DNA of 32,000 bases from contig CP178758.1 in NCBI GenBank assembly GCA_047651235.1, positions 3,690,001-3,722,000 of the forward strand. Direction: 5' to 3'. The notes beneath the pieces were generated by a model that was not told the DNA's origin, did no database searches, and saw only the letters and a program-made list of their open reading frames with translations. Both the position numbers and the translations under genes were made by a program. Each line of letters opens with the position of its first letter. Positions within the stretch are counted from its first letter, which is position 1. This stretch comes from Candidatus Electrothrix yaqonensis. Lineage in GTDB: Bacteria; Desulfobacterota; Desulfobulbia; Desulfobulbales; Desulfobulbaceae. Below are positions 19,701 through 24,467 of this stretch, piece after piece.

Positions 19701-21175
19701 ATGAAGTACAGGTCGTTTCGCAGCTGAACAGCGGCGTGACCTACTCGCTGATCTACCTAGACTCCATTGAGCTGGAGTATCTGCGCAGCTACGAGGCGGT
19801 CGATGGAGAGCTGACCTTTTCCGACGCCGGATATGACAGCGTGACGGTCCGGGGGTTCAGCAGCAGCAAGGTGCTGGCCCTTGATGTGACAACGCCGGAT
19901 GCGCCTCGGCGGGTACGGACCCTGCCCGGTAAAAATCAGGCCGGAGAATATACGGTCACTCTGCTGACCGAGCCGGGGCATACGTACTTTGTCACGGAAA
20001 ATCTCAGCCCTGTCTTTGCCGGAGAGCTGAGTGCGGACACGCCGTCGCGGCTGCGCAGGCGCTATAACCGGGCTGATTATCTGATCATTGCGCCGTTGCA
20101 TCTGATGGAGTCGGCACAGCGGCTTGCTGATCACCGGGCATCTGAAGGCCTGAAGGTCATGCTTGTCGATATCGAGGATGTGCAGGATGAATTCAGCCAC
20201 AGCCTGGCGGCTCCTGAAGCGGTGCATGACTTCCTGTCCTATGTCTATACAAACTGGATTCAGGTGCCCCCGCATGTGGCTCTGGTCGGTGCCGGATCCT
20301 ATGATTATAAAAACTACCTTGGTTACGGCTATCCCCTTGTGCCGGCCAAGCTGGCAGCAACCCCTGACGGTTTCTTCCCGTCCGACAATGTCCTGGCGGA
20401 TGTTGTCGGCAATGACGGGGTGCCTGAATTTGCGATAGGTCGGATACCTGCGGTGGACAGCACCGAGCTTGACCGCTATACTGAAAAACTGATACACTTT
20501 GAACAGGATCAGGCGGAACGCGACACCGGTACGGTAATGACGCTGGTGACGGATATGCCTGATCCGTCTGCCGGAGATTTTGCGGCCGGTGCGGACAGAG
20601 TTGCGGAACTGGTGTCGGCACAGGGAGTTGCGGTCAACCGGCTTGCCGCAGATGCGCTGGGTGTGAACGGGACGCATGACGGGATTATCAATGCGCTGCA
20701 GCAGGGAGGCGGCATTCTGCATTATATCGGTCACAGCTCGATGGTGGCCCTGGGCCGGAGCAGTGCGCTGCTCACTGCAGATGAAGTTGACGCCATGCCC
20801 GATATCGGTGTGCCTATGCTGATGGTCAGCATGACCTGCTCTGCCGGGGCCTTCGGCTATCCGCCCATGGACAGTATCGGCGAGACCGCAGTGCTGCGGG
20901 CGGACGGAGCAGCGGTGGGCTTTTTCGGGGCCTCCGGTCTGTCCGAAAACCATCTTGCCGACATAATGGCGAAAGGCTTCTACCGCAGCCTGTTTGATCC
21001 GGAGAATGTGAACCCGAGGATCGGCGATGCAGTTGTCGGCGCGAAACAGTATTATTCTGCTCAGGGCGGGGAACGGTCCGTTCTGGATATTTACAATCTG
21101 CTCGGTGATCCGGCACTGCACGGGCCGGTTGCAGTACCGGACAATAAACCAACGGACAAGATCAGGACGGATTGA
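7769..21175 (+). CDS. Giant (about 4468 aa) secreted repetitive surface/adhesin-like protein with a C-terminal peptidase C25 domain
   Basis: A single uninterrupted ORF. The signal-like segment is IRFTAAVFLLFTVLFTLFVQAAPVRAAA. The alternative start ATG 7802 has AAGGA 8 nt upstream. An SdrD-B/Cna-B-like segment (GGVHVYLFRDTTGDG...TNSNGEYSFSGQPDGTYWVVV) follows. Several dispersed DUF11-type domains carry the pattern L.K......G..vTYT....N.G......v.DxLP.G.tyv. Then come 12 tandem 147-aa units, and a C25 domain at the C-terminus. Confidence 0.88.
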   Translation: MFTEQKVRTSFMLSIYLHIAPHIAGSLSRIIRIRFTAAVFLLFTVLFTLFVQAAPVRAAANDIQGRVMEDGNADASLDDAVDTPLGGVHVYLFRDTTGDGIPNTGDDKVASTVTNSNGEYSFSGQPDGTYWVVVESADFARSGGTMEQTYGGIGALTDPDGKELTPAEPRTTAGPAFGGRRMEVPDGFSSDDPNNLEPAEHVIQVVLDSVTTHTAVDFGFGFVKGLAAGYSEFYIPTQVTGTGTEPVVDTFGEVDGGIWNILRDLDPDPAITCGMHYIISVTASTDSTTIYYDHWEDGYNFDPLNPSTADETVVRNSGEVAVFESGSIPENRGTDVYYDGRDRIFVAGGPAVVTLAIYPECVDGPPGSGSVYNAAWEILPVKPLQTKYTVPVGEGMTGNGAIDFQQTFLTIQSAADNNTITVNDPVHGVLTKTLQQGEVFDVRHTSPGTVVTGTEPLQVHALAGFQWPTAASEADGITIFPETLMDNEYYNPMGSYGDSSGDGGSNSEYATELYINNPNDSPITIQWEDASGTGTAKIPAGETRSYSEISGHFVPVDSASYLKSVGGEKFWAIGQSGVSTADVTGDTAIGDNTHTFFDGGFSLVPEYLLRSDYYLSWAPGDADPVPGTNASAAYVTAVNDGTEIFVDFDGDGEPDPFDIDGTIVTSYVLNRLESIAIRNPDSPFSLTGAHIWSNGPTSLVWAPYAKTASYVSPSLDCDYTGSPLPLDWMDAVLSVIKTTDSTALRPEANQIANFSLSIPAYKAVDNVVVRDTLPLGWNYEAGSSTATVTNSSGTFTSTADPGRSGDGLTTREVLTWDLDSLIAAGANDLDPTDYIFITFTARTNANVKPGYNQNDVEVTGTRDPGGETQTFTTTDKKAVYVTPLTIDKDTSTPVVVMNGEATYTIALENTDPDNDLTAVRATDLLPAGFTYISSSYSVIDNDPAGDGSGIGDTIPGDAAAPTTEPASGATDLTWGDWTLGNGDKLIITFIVNVGNVPGTYDNTASADATRGPDTFTVTDIGTSGNDQGTPEGEDPEEDEDVTIEPDINMDKISEVEAGVLASPGEIITYTVNIENPTGGPLNNIVVTDAVPPGTTYVPGTVTIVEGHKLDPPTVIAEEDFAVAGLSGGTGWIGDWKVLGGEADFDGGDVQINNGRLLIQDNENGGEGAYREVDITGYDSVELNFDYIGRNLVDPGDDQYVIIDISTDGTTWTELARVDESGVGSMQLDITGFIDTDTQIRFLTSSSNANRAGSFFDNIEIIGTKTDFINVPGHDPADLVIAADGYDLAANDGVDGSGPDFMQITYQVRVDDPLAAGIISIDNTAGVTSDEFMGVYKEDSESTPVFIQPEKLLVTTSEPSTGEVDGSERVTIGEMVRYRIAARIPEGSFPNFQLKDNIPSGLQFLDDGTARFSFVSNGGGITSSTLTCINDSGDAYDLISLPSAAVDCVFPAPPAGAISGGPFGSDVDVTFSLGDLTNSDSDEDAEYMVVEFNALVLNVNESPEINQGVDNTTGASIANFRPNTATLYVDDVQEGDPSDIVTVDIAEPAITDLAKTVSPGPYLPGSTVTYTLTFSNTATGNNATTAFDLVLTDTLDANLTPGTVTWLSTTQTDPCAGGTAFNHSESATGQNVTVNVSCLDPGNRVTITIEATIKDGTPGGTISNTGDVTYTSLPGEQGNCGAAPFVCSADIDERDGDDGAGSDDTVLDNYADSDTVPLDVEESADLSLVKVVNDTTPAVGDTVTFTLQVTNNGPNTATNVAVTDVLPGGYTYVSGSMSGGDGQDQSGDPTLVWTVNSLSAAAGSNTVTLTFDAVVNAPTGTADEYLNSAQITASDQYDPDSDPDSDENTDDLGDGLPDDDEDTAAVMPESADLSLVKVVNDTTPAVGDTVTFSLTLTNDGPDTATNVAVTDVLPGGYTYVSGSMSGGDGQDQSGDPTLVWTVNSLSAAAGSNTVTLTFDAVVNAPTGTADEYLNSAQITASDQYDPDSDPDSDENTDDLGDGLPDDDEDTAAVMPESADLSLVKVVNDTTPAVGDTVTFSLTLTNDGPDTATNVAVTDVLPGGYTYVSGSMSGGDGQDQSGDPTLVWTVNSLSAAAGSNTVTLTFDAVVNAPTGTADEYLNSAQITASDQYDPDSDPDSDENTDDLGDGLPDDDEDTAAVMPESADLSLVKVVNDTTPAVGDTVTFSLTLTNDGPDTATNVAVTDVLPGGYTYVSGSMSGGDGQDQSGDPTLVWTVNSLSAAAGSNTVTLTFDAVVNAPTGTADEYLNSAQITASDQYDPDSDPDSDENTDDLGDGLPDDDEDTAAVMPESADLSLVKVVNDTTPAVGDTVTFSLTLTNDGPDTATNVAVTDVLPGGYTYVSGSMSGGDGQDQSGDPTLVWTVNSLSAAAGSNTVTLTFDAVVNAPTGTADEYLNSAQITASDQYDPDSDPDSDENTDDLGDGLPDDDEDTAAVMPESADLSLVKVVNDTTPAVGDTVTFTLQVTNNGPNTATNVAVTDVLPGGYTYVSGSMSGGDGQDQSGDPTLVWTVNSLSAAAGSNTVTLTFDAVVNAPTGTADEYLNSAQITASDQYDPDSDPDSDENTDDLGDGLPDDDEDTAAVMPESADLSLVKVVNDTTPAVGDTVTFSLTLTNDGPDTATNVAVTDVLPGGYTYVSGSMSGGDGQDQSGDPTLVWTVNSLSAAAGSNTVTLTFDAVVNAPTGTADEYLNSAQITASDQYDPDSDPDSDENTDDLGDGLPDDDEDTAAVMPESADLSLVKVVNDTTPAVGDTVTFSLTLTNDGPDTATNVAVTDVLPGGYTYVSGSMSGGDGQDQSGDPTLVWTVNSLSAAAGSNTVTLTFDAVVNAPTGTADEYLNSAQITASDQYDPDSDPDSDENTDDLGDGLPDDDEDTAAVMPESADLSLVKVVNDTTPAVGDTVTFSLTLTNDGPDTATNVAVTDVLPGGYTYVSGSMSGGDGQDQSGDPTLVWTVNSLSAAAGSNTVTLTFDAVVNAPTGTADEYLNSAQITASDQYDPDSDPDSDENTDDLGDGLPDDDEDTAAVMPESADLSLVKVVNDTTPAVGDTVTFSLTLTNDGPDTATNVAVTDVLPGGYTYVSGSMSGGDGQDQSGDPTLVWTVNSLSAAAGSNTVTLTFDAVVNAPTGTADEYLNSAQITASDQYDPDSDPDSDENTDDLGDGLPDDDEDTAAVMPESADLSLVKVVNDTTPAVGDTVTFSLTLTNDGPDTATNVAVTDVLPGGYTYVSGSMSGGDGQDQSGDPTLVWTVNSLSAAAGSNTVTLTFDAVVNAPTGTADEYLNSAQITASDQYDPDSDPDSDENTDDLGDGLPDDDEDTAAVMPESADLSLVKVVNDTTPAVGDTVTFSLTLTNDGPDTATNVAVTDVLPGGYTYVSGSMSGGDGQDQSGDPTLVWTVNSLSAAAGSNTVTLTFDAVVNAPTGTADEYLNSAQITASDQYDPDSDPDSDENTDDLGDGLPDDDEDNVCVTLASLQLIKQVDLTTDTAPEDASKDDIITYTFRVRNTGAETLTDVTVSDPLLTGLSCDPILSLAPGTTVDFNCTGGNTYTITQLDVDNGYIDNTATATGTPPCGPDVTSSVVARVNIGTTPTYAVVSSFSAYLNDKNQVVLEWKTSSETGTVGFMLERQNERTGRYQPVTKKILPGMLTPPHGGIYRLVDTRAKAGKQYTYRVVEVAANDQGTVSGPYTVQADEPLPKNSRMFSGGAGGYTLTHHKFSGRQFRRFTARSKVLRKFAAKRKNRAGTVLKIPVSRNGLVYLSAAELAAASDLPEKRVIRQVKSGRCRLTLAGKAVPLLRANTGSDLWFYGRAPERSDIGQNIYLLDFGKKGKKMKSTRGRAKKEVSAEQSYPARVRAEENLHPFHLYINTPVHDFWAWELLFAHDAADDPAGSTAVHPVAAPYLTGEGDAAVTVNLVGMTGRGPAGVPLYKVTVFLNGTDIGTAEWSEKGDYQFRADIPAALLREEGNEVQVVSQLNSGVTYSLIYLDSIELEYLRSYEAVDGELTFSDAGYDSVTVRGFSSSKVLALDVTTPDAPRRVRTLPGKNQAGEYTVTLLTEPGHTYFVTENLSPVFAGELSADTPSRLRRRYNRADYLIIAPLHLMESAQRLADHRASEGLKVMLVDIEDVQDEFSHSLAAPEAVHDFLSYVYTNWIQVPPHVALVGAGSYDYKNYLGYGYPLVPAKLAATPDGFFPSDNVLADVVGNDGVPEFAIGRIPAVDSTELDRYTEKLIHFEQDQAERDTGTVMTLVTDMPDPSAGDFAAGADRVAELVSAQGVAVNRLAADALGVNGTHDGIINALQQGGGILHYIGHSSMVALGRSSALLTADEVDAMPDIGVPMLMVSMTCSAGAFGYPPMDSIGETAVLRADGAAVGFFGASGLSENHLADIMAKGFYRSLFDPENVNPRIGDAVVGAKQYYSAQGGERSVLDIYNLLGDPALHGPVAVPDNKPTDKIRTD
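12932..18201 (+). repeat. Tandem array, about 11.95 x 441 bp (147 codons, in frame), inside the giant CDS
   Basis: Unit starts (agcgcggatctgagcctggtc) fall at 12932, 13373, 13814 and so on to 17783, exactly 441 bp apart. The units translate identically except for a 50-bp variant patch in units 1 and 6. Each unit is a DUF11 domain (ADLSLVKVVNDTTPAVGDTVTF...VTDVLPGGYTYVSGS) plus an acidic DPDSDPDSDENTDDLGDGLPDDDED linker. Confidence 0.95.
20063..21123 (+). other. Peptidase C25 (gingipain-like, clan CD) domain of the giant protein
   Basis: YNRADYLIIAPLHLMESAQRLADHR...VMLVDIEDVQDEF...VALVGAGSYDYKN...IGRIPA is the C25 N-terminal pattern. The candidate catalytic His is in LHYIGHSS (codon 20732-20734, residue 4322). 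The candidate Cys is in VSMTCSAGAF (20837-20839, residue 4357). The 35-residue spacing is similar to the roughly 33 residues in RgpB. Confidence 0.7.
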
Positions 21176-21471
21176 TGGTGCAGCTCGATAGTATTTACAG
21201 ACAGGCCGACAATATCGTCACCCGCAGGATTATGGATGAAACCCTGCTGGTGCCCGTTTCCGGTGAGCTTGCCTCCATGGAGGAACTGTATACCCTCAAT
21301 GAGACCGGGGATTTCATATGGCAGGCGTTGGACGGCGTTCGTCCTCTTTCCGAGATCAGGTGCCAGCTTGAAGAGCAGTATGACGCACCGGCAGAGGAGA
21401 TTGAAGCGGATCTGCTGGAAATCATAAGCGGGCTGGCCGATGCCGGGCTGGTTACTTCTGTTGGAGGATGA
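21175..21471 (+). CDS. PqqD-family protein (RiPP recognition element / peptide chaperone)
   Basis: 98 aa. ...RRIMDETLLVPVSGE...LYTLNETGDFIWQALDGVRPLSEIRCQLEEQYDAPAEEIEADLLEIISGLADAGLV fits the PqqD pattern (LN.tg..iW..ldG..t..ei...l...y......e.D...fl..L...gl). The ATG overlaps the giant gene's TGA (TGATG), and AGGA lies 7 nt upstream. Confidence 0.8.
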   Translation: MVQLDSIYRQADNIVTRRIMDETLLVPVSGELASMEELYTLNETGDFIWQALDGVRPLSEIRCQLEEQYDAPAEEIEADLLEIISGLADAGLVTSVGG

Positions 21472-22628
21472 CGACTTTGGAAACAGACTGCACCGGCAGA
21501 GAACCTGATAATTCTGATGATCTGGCTCGTTATTTTGCCAGAGCTGCGCAGGCGAGGACACCGCTGGCTGCTACGTTCGAGCTGACCCGGCGGTGCAACT
21601 TCCGTTGTGTCCACTGTTATCTTGGTGATCAGCAGGCAATTCGTCAGCATCGCCATCAGGAACTGGACACGGACAGCGTTATCAGGCTGCTTGATGAGAT
21701 GGTGGAGGCCGGAACCCTGTTTCTTACCCTGACCGGAGGGGACCCCATGCTGCGGCCTGATTTTGTCAGGATTTACGCACATGCGGTCCGCATCGGTCTG
21801 TTGGTTTCAGTGTATTGCAACGGCTCACTGATCACAGAGGAGATTACAGAGGTATTTGTTCAATATCCTCCAAGGATCGCTGAAATTACTTTGTACGGTG
21901 CAACCCGGAAGACCTTTGAGACGATAACACAGCGCCGGGGGAGCTATGCAGACTGCATGAAAGGTATTGCTCTGCTGCACAGGGCAAAGGTGCGGCTGCG
22001 GCTGAAATCCATGGCCATGACGCTGAATTACGAAGAACTGCCTGCCATGCGGAAGATAGCCGGGGATTTGGGCCTGTCATTTCGGCATGACTGCTCCGTC
22101 ATTCCCGCTCTTCCTCATGAAGATAATGGCAGTCGGATAAACATTCGGGATACCGGAAAAAACGGCCTGCGGGAGACCTTGGGTTTCCGCCTTGAACCTG
22201 AGCAGGCTGCGGCAGTGGATTTCGGGGCAGCCGAAGTAAAGAAAAAACTGCAGGAGCTGACGGCTGAGAAAGGAGCTGCTGCAGAGCCGTCAACAAAATT
22301 GTACCAGTGCGGGGCAGGGCAGGCATCATACCATATTACCTCGTACGGCAGAATGCAGCCCTGTCTCATCACGCTTCGGCCTTCTGTTGATCTCGTCGCC
22401 GGGGAACAGCGAATTGCAGACGGTTGGAATACGTTGTGCGCACAGGTTGAGGAACAGACAGTAACAACTGATTTTCCCTGTATCGAATGCAAGGACAGCA
22501 AGTTATGTACGGGCTGCCCAAGCAGATTCTTTAGAGAAACAGGCTCGCCGGAGGAACCGCCTTCCTTTTATTGTCATTATGCGGCATGCCGCAGGCGAGG
22601 AAGCTCAAAGGAAACAGGGCTTCAATAA
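21468..22628 (+). CDS. Radical SAM / SPASM-domain peptide-modifying enzyme
   Basis: CNFRCVHCY gives CX3CX2C (Cys codon at 21594), and TLTGGDPMLRPDF is present. The C-terminus CGAGQASYHITSYGRMQPC gives CX12GX4C, and CIECKDSKLCTGC gives CX2CX5CX2C plus later Cys residues, which is a SPASM-type pattern. ATG 21468 overlaps the PqqD stop (ATGA). An alternative start is TTG 21477, 9 nt after GGAGG. Confidence 0.85.
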   Translation: MTTLETDCTGREPDNSDDLARYFARAAQARTPLAATFELTRRCNFRCVHCYLGDQQAIRQHRHQELDTDSVIRLLDEMVEAGTLFLTLTGGDPMLRPDFVRIYAHAVRIGLLVSVYCNGSLITEEITEVFVQYPPRIAEITLYGATRKTFETITQRRGSYADCMKGIALLHRAKVRLRLKSMAMTLNYEELPAMRKIAGDLGLSFRHDCSVIPALPHEDNGSRINIRDTGKNGLRETLGFRLEPEQAAAVDFGAAEVKKKLQELTAEKGAAAEPSTKLYQCGAGQASYHITSYGRMQPCLITLRPSVDLVAGEQRIADGWNTLCAQVEEQTVTTDFPCIECKDSKLCTGCPSRFFRETGSPEEPPSFYCHYAACRRRGSSKETGLQ

Positions 22629-22727
22629 AATACAGCTTACTGAGATTATTCCTACCTTAGGAATTTTTGAAGAAAAAGTCAAAAGCTCGGAGCATTCGAT
22701 ACTGAGCGAATAAATGGAACAGAAATA

Positions 22728-22916
22728 ATGAAAGAACAACAACACGGCACAGCTCCTGTTAAGCAGCAGGAGGAGACCGAAGGAATCGTGCAGAAACAGC
22801 CTTATGAAAAACCCCGGCTTGACAGGGTGAAATTATTTGCCGATCAGGTCTTGGCTTCCTGTTCAGGGGGGGCAATGGCTCCTCCATGCGGCATTTTTGA
22901 CCCTCTTGCATCATAA
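22728..22916 (+). CDS. Candidate RiPP precursor peptide (62 aa)
   Basis: MKEQQHGTAPVKQQEETEGIVQKQPYEKPRLDRVKLFADQVLASCSGGAMAPPCGIFDPLAS. It sits between the rSAM/SPASM and kinase genes on the same strand. It has a polar leader-like N-terminal half, YEKPRL (YxxPxL, 22803-22820), two Cys in a Gly/Ala/Pro-rich tail, and a terminal Ser (22911-22913). The RBS is weak (GGA about 11-13 nt upstream) and no homology can be checked here. Confidence 0.45.
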   Translation: MKEQQHGTAPVKQQEETEGIVQKQPYEKPRLDRVKLFADQVLASCSGGAMAPPCGIFDPLAS

Positions 22917-22926
22917 CAGGCTTGAT

Positions 22927-23862
22927 TTGAGCAACGCAGGGCATCCTGTTGTAGACAGCGTATACAGTATAGGGGGGGTATTTGTTACGCTTAACTCGGA
23001 ACGTTATCTGGTGCCGGAAGACTCTTCCGCTGCAGAGAACAGTGTCTTTGTTTATCCTGCAACTGCAGAATATGCAGCTGCTTCAGCTGCAGTCCCCTGT
23101 ATTTATGTATATATAGCTGCTTTACAGCAGAGATCTTCTCCAGCAGTAGGCGAAAAAATATTTTCTCAGCAGCGGGCATGTCTCTACAGGGCTGAAAACG
23201 GCTACATCCAACAGTATTATCTGGATGATAAAAAACAGGAGATCCTCTGGAAACTCGCAATTGACCATGAGTTTTCCCGGTTTAACTATTTTCTCTGCGC
23301 AGATAAGGTTAACCGGGAGGAGTCGGTCCGGCTTGATCCCTGGAAACTGGCATCCACTCTTTTTCTCTTGCAGCACAGTTTTATCAATCACCAGGGCCTG
23401 ATCATTCACGCTGCCGGAGGCTCTGTTTCCGGGAAAGGGCTGGTCTTTTCCGCTCCTTCCGGCACCGGAAAATCCACCCTCAGCAGGCTGTTGCTGCACT
23501 CTCCGGATAACCGGCTTTTCAGTGAAGAGCGTCTGATCATCCGCTCTGTTGAGAACAAGTGGCAGGTATGGGGAACCCCCTGGCATGGGGAAGGGAACAT
23601 TGCCCGAAATGAATCCGCCCCGCTCTCCGCGCTGGTTTTTCTCCGACAGGCCCAGAAAACAGAAATTACCCGACTGTCTCCGGCGGACGGGCTGCACCGG
23701 CTGGTGCAGACAGCGTCCATTCCTTGGTACAGTAAGCAATGGACAGAAAAAGGGCTTGCTCTCTGTGAACGATTGATTCAGGATATCCCGATCTTCGAGC
23801 TTGCCTTCCGGCCGGACCGGACTGCAGTGCAGGCTGTGGAGCGTCTTGCAGCGGAGTTGTAA
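22927..23862 (+). CDS. HPr kinase/phosphorylase C-terminal-domain-like P-loop protein (HprK-related kinase)
   Basis: GLIIHAAGGSVSGKGLVFSAPSGTGKSTLSRLL matches the HprK C-domain pattern (H...v...g.GvLi.G.SG.GKS). The stop is secure but the start is uncertain. The ORF track opens at TTG 22837, overlapping the 62-aa ORF by 80 nt. No in-frame ATG exists. TTG 22927 lies just after the peptide's stop and keeps the N-terminal YSIGGVFVTLNS segment. Confidence 0.7.
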   Translation: MSNAGHPVVDSVYSIGGVFVTLNSERYLVPEDSSAAENSVFVYPATAEYAAASAAVPCIYVYIAALQQRSSPAVGEKIFSQQRACLYRAENGYIQQYYLDDKKQEILWKLAIDHEFSRFNYFLCADKVNREESVRLDPWKLASTLFLLQHSFINHQGLIIHAAGGSVSGKGLVFSAPSGTGKSTLSRLLLHSPDNRLFSEERLIIRSVENKWQVWGTPWHGEGNIARNESAPLSALVFLRQAQKTEITRLSPADGLHRLVQTASIPWYSKQWTEKGLALCERLIQDIPIFELAFRPDRTAVQAVERLAAEL

Positions 23863-23897
23863 ATTCTAAACTCAACGGAAAAGTGAGGCAGGGGCGT

Positions 23898-24467
23898 ATG
23901 GAACACAATTTTTTTCTGCTGCGGATATTTTTTCCTCTCTTCCTGTTCTGCTTTTCTCCGGTTGCAGCAGCAACAGAACTGCTCTCAGAGTCATTTTCCG
24001 CCTGTGAACTCCCTGAAAACTGGGAAGTGGAAAATCTTGGCGGTGACTGTCGCTGGATATTTGACAGCAACAGGCAGAACGAGACCGGCGGAGAGGGTTG
24101 TTATGCGATGGCCAGCAGTGAGGACTGCAGTTCAGGGACAAGCATGGATACAGTACTTTTCGTTTCTCCTGTTGACTGCTCCAGGTTGACAGAAACAACT
24201 CTTTCTTTTCAATACGATGCGTATGAACAGCTGAATGCCAGCACCTTTGCTGTAGAAATTTCTCTTGACGAAGGAAACGACTGGTCTCAAATCTGGGTTA
24301 GAAACCAGTCCGATCCCGGACCAAAAACAGCTGTCTTGGATATCAGCGCAGAAGCAGACAGGCGACCTTCCGTGTTGATCCGGTTTCGCTATACAGCTTC
24401 TGCAAAGGATTGGTGGTGGCAGGTTGATGATGTACAAATTTCCGGCAAGAAAGGAAAGAACAGGTGA
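23898..24467 (+). CDS. Secreted beta-sandwich protein (MAM / choice-of-anchor-J-like, tentative)
   Basis: ATG 23898 is preceded by GAGGCAGGGG (the ORF track opens at GTG 23883). The signal peptide is MEHNFFLLRIFFPLFLFCFSPVAAA. The pattern ESF....LPENW.....GG...W......GGEG.Y......LSFQY......EISLDEGNDW...LIRFRY......WWQVDDVQISG supports the fold call, which rests on pattern memory only. Confidence 0.55.
   Translation: MEHNFFLLRIFFPLFLFCFSPVAAATELLSESFSACELPENWEVENLGGDCRWIFDSNRQNETGGEGCYAMASSEDCSSGTSMDTVLFVSPVDCSRLTETTLSFQYDAYEQLNASTFAVEISLDEGNDWSQIWVRNQSDPGPKTAVLDISAEADRRPSVLIRFRYTASAKDWWWQVDDVQISGKKGKNR

Noticed and set aside
18611-21121. Minus-strand ORFs of 292 and 454 aa
   Set aside because: They are antisense to the well-supported C-terminal part (FN3-like and C25 domains) of the giant ORF, with no motifs and an Arg/His/Gly-rich composition.
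21175-23862. Interpretation as a paeninodin-type lasso peptide cluster (PqqD B1 + HPr-like kinase + YxxPxL leader + C-terminal Ser)
   Set aside because: No Asn-synthetase-like cyclase or transglutaminase-like B2 protease lies in or near the cassette. The peptide lacks the Gx5Tx part of the leader consensus and has no Asp/Glu at core positions 7-9. An rSAM/SPASM enzyme occupies the maturase position instead.
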